Position numbers and translations under genes: made by a program
DNA from: Myxococcota bacterium
GTDB lineage: Bacteria; Myxococcota_A; UBA9160; UBA6930
Length of the DNA: 64,000 bases
NCBI GenBank assembly: GCA_965223705.1
Contig: OZ245015.1
Span: 4,343,206 to 4,407,205 of the forward strand
Direction: 5' to 3'
Notes under the pieces: generated by a model
What the model was told of the DNA's origin: nothing
Databases searched by the model: none
Seen by the model: only the letters and a program-made list of their open reading frames with translations
Part shown: in pieces, positions 35,932 to 45,027 of the stretch
Numbering within the stretch: the stretch's first letter is position 1
Layout: the number at the start of each line of letters is the position of its first letter

Positions 35932-37767
35932 ATGTTCCTTCGAGCGCGCGGTTTGGCAATCTTGATTGCGGTGCCGTTGTTCGCTGCGACCTCGATCACC
36001 GGGGCAGGTGCCGCGGAGGCACCGCCGATCCGCAATGTCCGAGAGATCATCTGGCGCGGGGCCGAAGCAGTACCCGTCGGTGAGCTCGAAGAAGCGATCT
36101 TGACGACCCGAGCGAGCCGCCTTCCGTGGGTGGAATCGCGCCCTTTCGAAGAGGACGTCCTCGACGGGGACGTCCATCGTCTCCGGAGCCACTACCGTCA
36201 GCAGGGATTCTACGAGGCCGAGATCGGCGCCACCGTGGAAGCGGTGGGAAAAAGCCGGGTTCGCGTCGTCTTCGACATCGAGGAAGGTGAACCCGTCAAC
36301 CTCACAACCTTTGATTTCTCCGTCTCCGAAGTGATTCCGGAGTTGTCCGAAACCTCCCTGCGAGAAGGGCTAGCCCTCAAGGTCGGCGAGATCTTCAGCG
36401 TCGCGCGCTACCGCAAGAGCCGAGATCGCATTCTCAACCGGCTGGCCGACGTGGGATATCCGGCTGCGCGCGTTCAGGGCGGGGCGGATGTCACGCTCGA
36501 AAACCGCGAAGCCGTGGTGCGTTGGTTGGTGCACCCGGGGCGCCGGGTCCATCTCGGCGATTTTTCTGTCGAGGGACTCGAGCGAGTCGAACGCGAGCTC
36601 CTCCTGCGGGAGTTGCCACTCCGAGAGGGCGAGCTCTATTCGCGTAAGCGGATCCGAGACGCCCAGCGCGCCTTGTACGACCTCGGTCTGTTCGCCTCCG
36701 TAGCGATCGAAGCGCGGAGCCCCGGGAAAGGCGGGACGAACAACGCTTCGTGGCCGGTCGAGATACGCGTCAAGGAGCGCGAACCGCGCTCCATCCGTTT
36801 CGGCTTGGGCTACGGAACCGACGATCGCCTCCGCGCGCGCGGGGAGTGGCAACATCGAAACTTCCTCGGCGGCCGTCGCTCTCTTGCGCTCGAGGGAAAG
36901 GTCTCGTCTCTCATCCAAGGCTTCGAAGCCACCTTCGTCCAACCCCGCTTCATCGATTGGGACACGGACCTGACCCTCGATCTCCAGTTCGCCCAAGAGA
37001 CGACGCCGGCCTTCGACAGCGAGGGGGTTGCCCTGGGCTGGTCGGTCGAGCGGCCGATTTTCGAGAAAGTGACTGTCCGCGGCGGCCAGCGTTTCGAGCT
37101 TCAGAAGGTGACGGAAATCGAAGCTGACGATCCACTCGTCTCCGGCGATGAGGACGAGTCGTTTCGTTTGAGCGTGCTGCAGTTCGGTTTGCGCCGGGTA
37201 GACGTCGATTCCGTGGTCGATCCTCGTCGGGGCACCTGGCTCGACCTCACGCTCGAGCCGTCGCTCAAAGCTTTGGGCTCGGAAGTCGACTACGTGCGGT
37301 CCGTCCTGGACGTTCGGGGTTACACGCCCGTCGGCCCCATGGTCCTGGCAGCCCGCATGCGGCTCGGCGCCCTCGAACCGCTGCGCGACGACGGCGCTGG
37401 CGCGGTCCCCGTCTTCAAGCGCTTTTTCTCCGGCGGCAGTGCGTCCGTGCGTGGCTTCGATCTAGACCGTCTCGGCCCCCTCGACGACAACGAAGATCCT
37501 ATCGGCGGTCTGACCGTCGCAGAGGTCGGGGTTGAGCTGCGTTTCCCTCTGTGGAAACAACTCGGCGGTGTGTTGTTCACCGACGCCGGCCAAGTGAACC
37601 GTCGCTCCTTCCACCTGGGCGGTAGCGAGTTCTTCTACTCGACGGGTGTCGGCTTCCGCTACGCGACGCCGATCGGTCCTCTCCGCGTCGACCTCGCCCA
37701 GATCCTCAACCCGCCCTCGGGTATCCAGCCCTTCCGCATCCATTTCTCGATCGGACACGCGTTTTGA
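35932..37767 (+). CDS. tamA: Omp85-family outer-membrane protein, TamA-like (POTRA domains plus beta-barrel)
   Basis: 611 aa with a signal peptide (AILIAVPLFAATSITGAGA). POTRA-like repeats (VVFDIEEGEPVNL) and a C-terminal surface-antigen barrel ending FSIGHAF are present. It overlaps tamB by 4 nt. Confidence 0.75.
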   Translation: MFLRARGLAILIAVPLFAATSITGAGAAEAPPIRNVREIIWRGAEAVPVGELEEAILTTRASRLPWVESRPFEEDVLDGDVHRLRSHYRQQGFYEAEIGATVEAVGKSRVRVVFDIEEGEPVNLTTFDFSVSEVIPELSETSLREGLALKVGEIFSVARYRKSRDRILNRLADVGYPAARVQGGADVTLENREAVVRWLVHPGRRVHLGDFSVEGLERVERELLLRELPLREGELYSRKRIRDAQRALYDLGLFASVAIEARSPGKGGTNNASWPVEIRVKEREPRSIRFGLGYGTDDRLRARGEWQHRNFLGGRRSLALEGKVSSLIQGFEATFVQPRFIDWDTDLTLDLQFAQETTPAFDSEGVALGWSVERPIFEKVTVRGGQRFELQKVTEIEADDPLVSGDEDESFRLSVLQFGLRRVDVDSVVDPRRGTWLDLTLEPSLKALGSEVDYVRSVLDVRGYTPVGPMVLAARMRLGALEPLRDDGAGAVPVFKRFFSGGSASVRGFDLDRLGPLDDNEDPIGGLTVAEVGVELRFPLWKQLGGVLFTDAGQVNRRSFHLGGSEFFYSTGVGFRYATPIGPLRVDLAQILNPPSGIQPFRIHFSIGHAF

Positions 37768-40700
37768 AACGAGCGTTGCGTCTCATCGGCTGGTCGGCGC
37801 TGGGTTTGCTCTTGATCGCATCCGGCGTCCTCGGCGCCGTTGTAGGCGTCGCTCATGGCTGGCAGCGGGACCGACTGCGCGGCTTCGTCGAAGCGCGCCT
37901 GACGGATGCCCTCGGAGAACCGGTGCGGTTCGACGCGCTCGAGGGGGTGCTCTACCGAGAGATCGGCGTGACAGGACTCGAAATCGGTCCCGCCGACGCA
38001 CGTATCGCCGCCGTCTCACGCGCACGTCTTCGATGGAACGCGTCCGCTCTTCTTCAAGGCCGCGTCGAAGTGTCCGAACTGATCATCGAGGAACCCCGGG
38101 GACGACTGGGCGGCGGCGAGTCTTTCTTGGACGGAGGCGACGATGAACCGGAGGCGGGTGGGGAGCCTCCTTTCGCGTTGCACATCGAGACAGCGACGAT
38201 CCGTGGCGGGCAACTCGAGTGGGCCCCGGACGCCGACCGTCGCGTCCTGGTTCGCGGCGACTTGGCGATTCGCGATCTGTCGGTCGACGCCGATGGATTC
38301 GCCGCAACCGGAGTAGACGCCGAGGGCACTGTCGAAGATCGCGCTCGCCGCCGGGTCGCTTTTTCAGTTCGGGGCGCATGGCAGCACGACGCCTGGCGGC
38401 TCGACGAATTTCAGGCGCACGGCGCGGGCTTGGCGGCGTCGGGCCAGGGCCGAGGAGACACCCTCGTCGTGGAACAGCTTCACGTCGCGATGGACGTGAC
38501 TTCGCTCGGAGAGCTCCTCGAGCTGGCAGGCGTTTCCGCGGACGTTTCGATCGGTTCCCTCAAAACCTCTCTCAACCTCGGCGGACCTTGGTCCGCGTTG
38601 GGCGGCGCTGTCACCCTCCGCGCCGACGATATCGCCGCGGGTGGCAGGCGCTGGGAATCGTTACGCCTCGAGGCCAAGAGTTCGGGGCCCTCTCGCTTCA
38701 TCTTCGACGAACTGAGCTTGCGCGGCGGTCCACTCGCGGGGACGGTCGCGCCCGGCGCGACGGCACGGTTCGACGAGACGCGCATCGCCCTCGAGGGATT
38801 CGATCTCTCGTTCGACGGCGGCGGCAAGTTGCTGCTGCGCGAGCTCGCGTTCCCGAGATCGGCCGCGACACCGGACGCTCTGATCGCGCACCCCGGCTTT
38901 GGCGGAGACCTACGCGCGGAGCGTTTGCGCCTAGAAGCTTTCGCGCAACTTCTCCCGCTGGACGGAATCGATCTCGCCGGCGTCCTGACCGCGGATCTCC
39001 GGTTCCGAGGAAACGCGTCGGGCTTCCTCGCTGCCGGCGTCGCCGGACTCGAGGACGGAGCGTTCGCCGCGCCGACTGCCCGGGCGCAGAAGGTGTCTGC
39101 CGAGGTTCGTTTCGGCGAGGCGTTGGGCCCCCTCGCCGGGCGGCTCCGCGCGTCGCTCGGGGGCATCGAGAGCGACGGCGCACCACTCGGCGAGATGGTG
39201 TTCGACGTCGCATTCGACGAGCGGGCCCGCTTCGAGGTATCGGACCTCCGCTGGAAGACAGACGCGATAAGCGTCGCCGCTGAACCCGGGAGCCGGTTCA
39301 ATCTCACGGGAGATCATGTCGTACTCGACACCCTGACGCTGCACTCCGGAAGCCAGCGACTCGTCGCGCGGGGGCGTCTCAGCCAACAACGTTTCTCCGA
39401 CCTCGTCATCGAGCTCCGCCGTCTGGATCTGCCCTGGCTGCGGGACCTGATGGCGGGTTTTGATCTTGCACTCGAGGATGAAACCCTCGCGGGAACGCTC
39501 ACGGGAAAGGTCCACCTGAACGGACCCCTCACCGACCCCTCGGTCCGCGGCGAACTTCAGGGCGATCGGGTCGTGCTCTCGGGAGTCGCTTTCGACAGGG
39601 TCGATGCCACGGCGGTGTCCGTGGCAGAGACGGTTGAACTCGAAACCGCTTGGATGGTTGACGGGCGTCGGGCCCTGGAACTCGCCGTCCACACGTCTCG
39701 CGCCGATCTTCGTCGCGACCCTTCGAGCCTCTTGGCCTTCCCCGCGACGCGCGTTGACGTCGTCTCGAGCGAGTTCGATCTCGCTTCCGTGCAAGCCTTC
39801 GCCCCGGCTTCTGTCGAGGCGATCGGAGGTCGCCTCACGGTCGACGTCTCGTTGCGCGGAGGAGATCCCCCCACGGTCATCCGCGGCACTTTTGCGTTGG
39901 AGGACGGCTCGCTCAAGCTAGCCGGGGTCGAACAAGCGGCGGCGCCGATCGCGTTGTCGGGCACCGCCAACGTGCGTGGCATCGTTGTCGAGAAGCTCGC
40001 GATCGGACCGGAAGGTGCCCGCTTACAGGGACACCTCGGGTTGGGTTGGCCCGGCACCGAGTCCGACGCACTCTCGGGAGAGCTCCGCTTGGCGGGCTAC
40101 ACCTTGCGCTGGCCCGGCATCGCGAAGGGAAAGCTCGAAGGTGTCCTGTCGCTTTCGGGCCGGGTGCGGGCGCCCGTTGCAGCGGGGAACCTCGTGCTCT
40201 CGGAGGTCGCCATCCGTCTCCCGGAGACCGGCGCCGCGGAATTGAAGGAGATCCGTGTGCGGAGTGGCAGCCCGGACGACACCGCGCTGTCCTATCGCGA
40301 GGAGGAGGAAGCGTCACCACTTGACCCGGTGGCCCTCGATCTCGACGTTGAACTCAAAGCCAACTCGTGGGTGCGCGGCCGGGGGGTCGAGGCCGAGATC
40401 AAGGGCAATGTCGATGTCAAGAAGCGACCGGGCGGGGAGTTCACCTACGCAGGCGTCCTACAGACCGTGCGGGGCACCTATGAGATCTACGGTCGCCGTT
40501 TCCAGATCCAGAAAGCGCAAGCGCGGCTCGACGGCGGGAGTGAATTGGACCCGATCTTGAACGTCCGAGCGCTGCACCGAGTTCGCGCGATGCGAATCTT
40601 CGCTCTCCTCGAAGGTCGACTATCGGATCCCCGACTTCGCTTTGAAAGCGAGCCCAACCTGACCGAAACGGACATCGCTTCGTACTTGATCTTCGGCCGA

Positions 40701-41051
40701 CCGTCGTCCGAAGCCGGCGCGCGAGATCAGGCTGTCCTGCAGAACGCCGCAGCGCAAATTGGTGCCGGGCTCGCGGGAAACGAACTCGAGCGGGTTCTGG
40801 GTCGACGGCTTCCGATTGACCTCATCGATTTGCGTTTTGAAGACGGCGAGGATCAAGACAAGGAGCTCGCGGTAGGAGTCGGAAAGTACGTCGGTGAGCG
40901 CACGTTCCTTCGCTATGACCGGCGCTTCGGTCGCGAGCCGGTCGATGAGATTCGCGCTGAGTATCGACTCACGCCGCGCTGGAGTGTCGAGAGCTCCGCA
41001 GCGAGCGATGGCGAAGCCAGTGCAGATATTCTCTTTCACCTCGATTACTGA
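37764..41051 (+). CDS. tamB: translocation and assembly module protein TamB (AsmA-like family, DUF490 C-terminus)
   Basis: 1095 aa. It has an N-terminal anchor (LIGWSALGLLLIASGVLGAVVGV), a long beta-rich body and a C-terminal block YVGERTFLRYDRRFG...EYRLTPRWSVES...ADILFHLDY typical of DUF490. TTG start. Confidence 0.75.
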   Translation: MKRALRLIGWSALGLLLIASGVLGAVVGVAHGWQRDRLRGFVEARLTDALGEPVRFDALEGVLYREIGVTGLEIGPADARIAAVSRARLRWNASALLQGRVEVSELIIEEPRGRLGGGESFLDGGDDEPEAGGEPPFALHIETATIRGGQLEWAPDADRRVLVRGDLAIRDLSVDADGFAATGVDAEGTVEDRARRRVAFSVRGAWQHDAWRLDEFQAHGAGLAASGQGRGDTLVVEQLHVAMDVTSLGELLELAGVSADVSIGSLKTSLNLGGPWSALGGAVTLRADDIAAGGRRWESLRLEAKSSGPSRFIFDELSLRGGPLAGTVAPGATARFDETRIALEGFDLSFDGGGKLLLRELAFPRSAATPDALIAHPGFGGDLRAERLRLEAFAQLLPLDGIDLAGVLTADLRFRGNASGFLAAGVAGLEDGAFAAPTARAQKVSAEVRFGEALGPLAGRLRASLGGIESDGAPLGEMVFDVAFDERARFEVSDLRWKTDAISVAAEPGSRFNLTGDHVVLDTLTLHSGSQRLVARGRLSQQRFSDLVIELRRLDLPWLRDLMAGFDLALEDETLAGTLTGKVHLNGPLTDPSVRGELQGDRVVLSGVAFDRVDATAVSVAETVELETAWMVDGRRALELAVHTSRADLRRDPSSLLAFPATRVDVVSSEFDLASVQAFAPASVEAIGGRLTVDVSLRGGDPPTVIRGTFALEDGSLKLAGVEQAAAPIALSGTANVRGIVVEKLAIGPEGARLQGHLGLGWPGTESDALSGELRLAGYTLRWPGIAKGKLEGVLSLSGRVRAPVAAGNLVLSEVAIRLPETGAAELKEIRVRSGSPDDTALSYREEEEASPLDPVALDLDVELKANSWVRGRGVEAEIKGNVDVKKRPGGEFTYAGVLQTVRGTYEIYGRRFQIQKAQARLDGGSELDPILNVRALHRVRAMRIFALLEGRLSDPRLRFESEPNLTETDIASYLIFGRPSSEAGARDQAVLQNAAAQIGAGLAGNELERVLGRRLPIDLIDLRFEDGEDQDKELAVGVGKYVGERTFLRYDRRFGREPVDEIRAEYRLTPRWSVESSAASDGEASADILFHLDY

Positions 41052-41066
41052 AGGAAGCCACGATCC

Positions 41067-42356
41067 ATGCGAGCGCGCGATCGTTTCCGGCTGTTGACCA
41101 GCGGCGTTGTGATGCTACTCGCTGCGGTGACTCGCGGTGAAGTCGATTATCCGATCGACGACGCCTACCTCGCCACGGTCATCGGAACGCCGCGCGACGC
41201 TCAAGCTTCCGTGCCCACGAAGGTCCCGCTCGAGGTTCACTCGATCGTGCGTTTCCCCGCTCGGACAGTGCCCCGGGTGTTCTGGGCGAAAGGTCTTCGT
41301 GTCGGTGCATCAAAGCAAGAAGGCCCGGCGCCGCTGGCGTTTGTCGTGGCCGGGACCGGGGGAAACTGGCGCGACAGGAAGGTGAGTTTTCTTCGGCAGG
41401 CGCTCTACGGAGCGGGATTTCACGTCGTGGCCTTGCCATCGCCGATGCACGATTCCTTCGTCACCGCGGCCTCCGAGAGCAGTACCCCCGGCTGGCCCCC
41501 CGCGGATGCCGAGGATTTGGTCGCGACGATGGAACTCGCCCGAGGCGAGATCGAAAAGGATGTTCCCGTTCTCGGAACTGTACTGGTCGGCTACAGCCTC
41601 GGCGCAACGCAGACGGCTTTTGTGGCTGCTCTCGACGCCCGCGAGAAACGATTGGGCCTCGAGCGGGCGTATCTCATCAACCCCTCGGTACGACTCTTTT
41701 CCTCTGCCGTCGTGATCGACGGTCTCTTCGACCGCGCCTTCCCCGACGGCGAGGAGAGCGTGAGCGCGCTTGTCGCGCAGGGTCTGCGCGAAGTGGCGGC
41801 CTATATCCACGGCCCGGCACGGCGCGGTCACCTGGGCTCCGAGTTCGTCCTGGCAGGTGTCGCCGAGGCGGCTGCGCCCGGTGAAATCCGTGGGGCCATT
41901 GCGGCCGCTTTTCGTCTCATGGCGGCCAACCTGAGTTTTTCGGTTGACCTCGTTACCGCGAAAGGTCGGATCGTTCCTCCGGACAACCGTTTGACCGTGG
42001 GAACGCCGCTCGCACCGTATTTCTCCGAATCGCTTACTTGGTCGTTCACGCGCTATCTCGACGAGGTTCTCGTTCCCTATTGGCGGGCGAAGGACGGCCT
42101 TTCGCGGGACGACCTCATTCACGGGGCCGGGCTGTTGCCGCTTCGGAGTTGGCTCGAGCAGGCGGACCACGTGGCGGTCACAACGAACGAGGACGACTGG
42201 ATTCTCGAAACCGAAGACCTCGCCTTCTTGAGGGAAACGTTCAAAGATCGGATCACCGTCCGAGCCAACGGCGGTCACTGTGGGAACCTGACGTACGCTC
42301 CCCTCATTGCGGAGATGCTTCGTTTCGTTTCAGAACCGTGGGCAGAGCGCCGGTGA
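41067..42356 (+). CDS. exported alpha/beta-hydrolase-like protein (lipase/esterase-type GxSxG)
   Basis: 429 aa with an N-terminal signal-like segment (LLTSGVVMLLAAVTRG) and the nucleophile elbow VGYSLGAT. It sits 15 nt after tamB and overlaps mlaA by 4 nt. Confidence 0.55.
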   Translation: MRARDRFRLLTSGVVMLLAAVTRGEVDYPIDDAYLATVIGTPRDAQASVPTKVPLEVHSIVRFPARTVPRVFWAKGLRVGASKQEGPAPLAFVVAGTGGNWRDRKVSFLRQALYGAGFHVVALPSPMHDSFVTAASESSTPGWPPADAEDLVATMELARGEIEKDVPVLGTVLVGYSLGATQTAFVAALDAREKRLGLERAYLINPSVRLFSSAVVIDGLFDRAFPDGEESVSALVAQGLREVAAYIHGPARRGHLGSEFVLAGVAEAAAPGEIRGAIAAAFRLMAANLSFSVDLVTAKGRIVPPDNRLTVGTPLAPYFSESLTWSFTRYLDEVLVPYWRAKDGLSRDDLIHGAGLLPLRSWLEQADHVAVTTNEDDWILETEDLAFLRETFKDRITVRANGGHCGNLTYAPLIAEMLRFVSEPWAERR

Positions 42357-43048
42357 GTCGTCGAAGGCGCGCACTTTGGCTGGTCGCTTTCTTCTGGGCG
42401 ACGCTCGGAGCGGCGGCCGAGGCAAGCCCGTCGGCGAGGCGGCCTCTCGCGAAGTGGGATCCCATCGAGCCGGCGAACCGCCGGATCTACCACTTCAACG
42501 TGTGGCTCGATCGTCGGATCCTGCTACCCGCGCTCGATATCTACCAGCGAGTTCCGCAGCCGCCGCGTACCGGCGTGAAGAATTTCTTCGCCAACTTGGA
42601 AGAGCTACCGACCTTGGTCAACAGCCTGTTGCAAGGTTCTCCTGAGAAAGTTGCGACGACGGCAGCCCGGTTTGCGGTGAACTCCACCGTCGGGGTTGGC
42701 GGACTCTTTGATGTCGCGACGCGCCTCGGCCTGCGCCGCTACTCCGAGGACTTGGGTCAAACACTGGGTCGCTACGGATTCGGCGCGGGACCGTACTTGG
42801 TACTGCCCCTTTTTGGCCCATCTAGTTTGCGAGACAGTTTCGGTCTGGTGGGAGACAGAAGCCTCCGCTGGTTGGTCGGCGTGGTCACGGTCGATGACCT
42901 GAATACGGCTTTCTCGGTTTCATCCCCTCTCGAGGCGGTTTCACGTCGAGACAGCACCGACTTCCGCTATGCGGAACTCGGCCCATTCGAATACGAGCTC
43001 GTTCGCTACACATTTCTTGAATATCGCGCGGCGCTCGTCGGGGAGTAG
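42353..43048 (+). CDS. mlaA: MlaA/VacJ family outer-membrane lipoprotein
   Basis: Track ORF 42038..43048. I moved the start to the GTG at 42353 (VSRRRRALWLVAFFWATLGAAA). The blocks DPIEPANRRIYHFN, VKNFFANLEE, NSTVGVGGLFDVA and GPYLVLPLFGPSSLRD are MlaA hallmarks. Confidence 0.8.
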   Translation: MSRRRRALWLVAFFWATLGAAAEASPSARRPLAKWDPIEPANRRIYHFNVWLDRRILLPALDIYQRVPQPPRTGVKNFFANLEELPTLVNSLLQGSPEKVATTAARFAVNSTVGVGGLFDVATRLGLRRYSEDLGQTLGRYGFGAGPYLVLPLFGPSSLRDSFGLVGDRSLRWLVGVVTVDDLNTAFSVSSPLEAVSRRDSTDFRYAELGPFEYELVRYTFLEYRAALVGE

Positions 43049-43161
43049 CCGCCGGCGAGTCAAATTGTCTCAACGTGAGGCGCGGCGGCGCAAGTCCGAT
43101 CCGTGAAACGACCTCGAGCGGTCGCCGTGTTTTGGCACTTGTCTTGCGTTTTCTGCGGCGC

Positions 43162-44544
43162 ATGGCGAGACCGCATCCCCTCGAACTGATTCGTCTCACG
43201 TCGCTCCGTCGACTGAGCGGGTCACTCGAGCATTTGGTCGAAACCCACCTCTGGGCTCGGGTCCTTGTCGGCCTCGTCTGTGGGATCGTCGTGGGCGTCC
43301 TGTTGGGACCGACGACGGGCTTCGTTCCATCCTCGGTGGCTGTTCCCCTCGCGAGCTGGATCGCGCTTCCCGGCGCGCTCTTTCTCGCCTTGGTCCAGAT
43401 GATCGTCGTGCCGCTCGTGTTTTCGTCCGTCGTCCGTGGGTTGGCAGCCGGCGAGAACGTCGAACAGCTTCGGGAACTCGGCGTCACCGGAGGTGCCTTC
43501 TTCGTCGTCACGACAGTCGTCGCTACGGCGCTAGGACTGGGGTTGGCGCTGCTGATTCGCCCGGGTGACTTTCTCGACGCCGCGCAGGTGCGTGCCGCCA
43601 TGACGGCGGAGGTCGCGCTCCCGTCGGAAGTGCCGACACCGCCTGGAATCAACCAGCTCCCGGACGTCGTCGTCGATCTCCTTCCCACGAACCCACTCGC
43701 CTCGATGGTCGGCGGCGAAATGCTGCAGGTGATTCTCTTCGCCGTCGTCGTCGGCGTCGCTCTCGTCAACCTCGTCCCGGAAAAGTCGGCTCCGCTTTTC
43801 GACCTCCTCGGCTCTCTTCAAGAGGTTTGCATGAAGGTCGTCGCCTGGGCGATGCGGCTGGCTCCCCTTGCGGTGTTCGGACTCGTCGCACGGTTGACCT
43901 CCACCGTGGGCATCGAGGTGTTGGGCGGAATGGCCGTGTATGTCTTGACCGTCTTGCTGGGCCTCGCGCTGATGATGGGGCTGTTCGTCGCCGTGTCGGC
44001 GTTGATCGGAGGGATGGGACCGAAGGCATTCCTCTCGGCGACGCGCGAGGTCGTTCTGCTCGCGTTCTCGACCTCGAGTTCTGCCGCGGTCATGCCGCTT
44101 TCGATCCAAACCGCGGAAGAAAAGCTCGGTGTCCGCGCTTCGATCGGCCGTTTTCTCATCCCGCTTGGCGCGACCGTCAATATGAATGGCACGGCCCTCT
44201 ATCAGGGAGTCGCGACCGTCTTCCTGGCGCAAGTCTTCGATGTATCGCTCGGTATCTTTGGACTGCTGCTCGTGGTCGTCACCGCCGTCTCTGCTTCGAT
44301 CGGATCACCTGCCACACCGGGGGCTGGAATCGTGATCCTTGCGATGGTCCTCGAGGGCGCGGGAATCCCCACCGCAGGCCTGGCACTGGTCCTGGGCGTC
44401 GACCGAATCCTCGACATGAGTCGAACGGCCGTGAATGTGACGGGGGACCTCGCAGCTTGTCTCGTCGTACAGAGGTGGACCCAAGACGAGAAGCCAAAAG
44501 CGGAAGGCCACTCAAACCAGCGGGTTGAGATCCTCGGCCCCTAG
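43162..44544 (+). CDS. dicarboxylate/amino acid:cation symporter (DAACS, GltP/DctA family)
   Basis: Track ORF 43075..44544. I moved the start to MARPHPLE (43162). Family blocks: FSTSSSAAVMPL, NMNGTALYQGVATVFLAQ, IGSPATPGAG and DRILDMSRTAVNVTGD. Confidence 0.85.
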   Translation: MARPHPLELIRLTSLRRLSGSLEHLVETHLWARVLVGLVCGIVVGVLLGPTTGFVPSSVAVPLASWIALPGALFLALVQMIVVPLVFSSVVRGLAAGENVEQLRELGVTGGAFFVVTTVVATALGLGLALLIRPGDFLDAAQVRAAMTAEVALPSEVPTPPGINQLPDVVVDLLPTNPLASMVGGEMLQVILFAVVVGVALVNLVPEKSAPLFDLLGSLQEVCMKVVAWAMRLAPLAVFGLVARLTSTVGIEVLGGMAVYVLTVLLGLALMMGLFVAVSALIGGMGPKAFLSATREVVLLAFSTSSSAAVMPLSIQTAEEKLGVRASIGRFLIPLGATVNMNGTALYQGVATVFLAQVFDVSLGIFGLLLVVVTAVSASIGSPATPGAGIVILAMVLEGAGIPTAGLALVLGVDRILDMSRTAVNVTGDLAACLVVQRWTQDEKPKAEGHSNQRVEILGP

Positions 44545-44686
44545 GAGCGCCCGCCGGCTGGCTTCGACGACCGGTTGTATGCGCGCAACGGCCGCGGGCA
44601 ACTCCTCGCGCTGCCGAATGCGATCTTCCCTGGCCACCGCCAAATTCATATCTCCTCATCGGGTCCGCGCGATCGAAGGAGCTCCC

Positions 44687-44763
44687 TGGCGCCCCGGGCA
44701 GGACTCGAACCTGCGACCCGCTGCTTAGAAGGCAGCCGCTCTATCCAGCTGAGCTACCGGGGC
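44687..44763 (-). tRNA. tRNA-Arg (anticodon TCT)
   Basis: I folded the cloverleaf by hand: acceptor GCCCCGG/CCGGGGC, D stem GCTC/GAGC, anticodon stem GCTGC/GCAGC, loop CTTCTAA, T stem GCAGG/CCTGC with TTCGAGT. CCA is encoded. The ends may be off by 1 nt. Confidence 0.9.
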
Positions 44764-44786
44764 ATACCGAGAGGCTAGCCGAATCG

Positions 44787-44901
44787 GGGTTTGACACGTC
44801 CCGGCGAAGGGCAGAGCCTGGGTTTGACACGTCCCGGTGAAGGGCAGAGCCTGGGTTTGACACGTCCCGGTGAAGGGCAGAGCCTGGGTTTGACACGTCC
44901 G
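44787..44901. repeat. 33-bp direct tandem repeat, about 3.5 copies, each carrying TTGACA
   Basis: The unit GGGTTTGACACGTCCCGG(C/T)GAAGGGCAGAGCCT occupies 44787-44819, 44820-44852 and 44853-44885. A partial fourth copy (44886-44901) then diverges. TTGACA hexamers lie at 44791, 44824, 44857 and 44890. Confidence 0.95.
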
Positions 44902-44917
44902 CGTCCTCGGGTAGTGT
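44890..44917 (+). promoter_or_regulatory. candidate sigma70-type promoter of tRNA-His
   Basis: TTGACA (44890-44895), a 16-nt spacer and TAGTGT (44912-44917). The tRNA starts 16 nt further downstream, at 44933. Confidence 0.45.
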
Positions 44918-44932
44918 CGATTGCCTCTGTGC

Positions 44933-45010
44933 GGTGGGTGTAGCTCAGTTGGTTAGAGCGCCAGATTGTGGTTCTGGAAGTCGGGGGTTCGAATCCCCTC
45001 ATCCACCCCA
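44933..45010 (+). tRNA. tRNA-His (anticodon GTG) with encoded G-1
   Basis: G-1 plus acceptor GTGGGTG/CATCCAC, D stem GCTC/GAGC, anticodon stem CCAGA/TCTGG, loop TTGTGGT, T arm GGGGG TTCGAAT CCCCT, discriminator C, CCA encoded. Confidence 0.9.
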
Positions 45011-45027
45011 CGGAGAGGCCGCACCGC

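Noticed and set aside
44787-44901. Possible CRISPR array
   Set aside because: The repeats are directly abutting with no spacers, only about 3.5 copies are present, and there are no cas genes.
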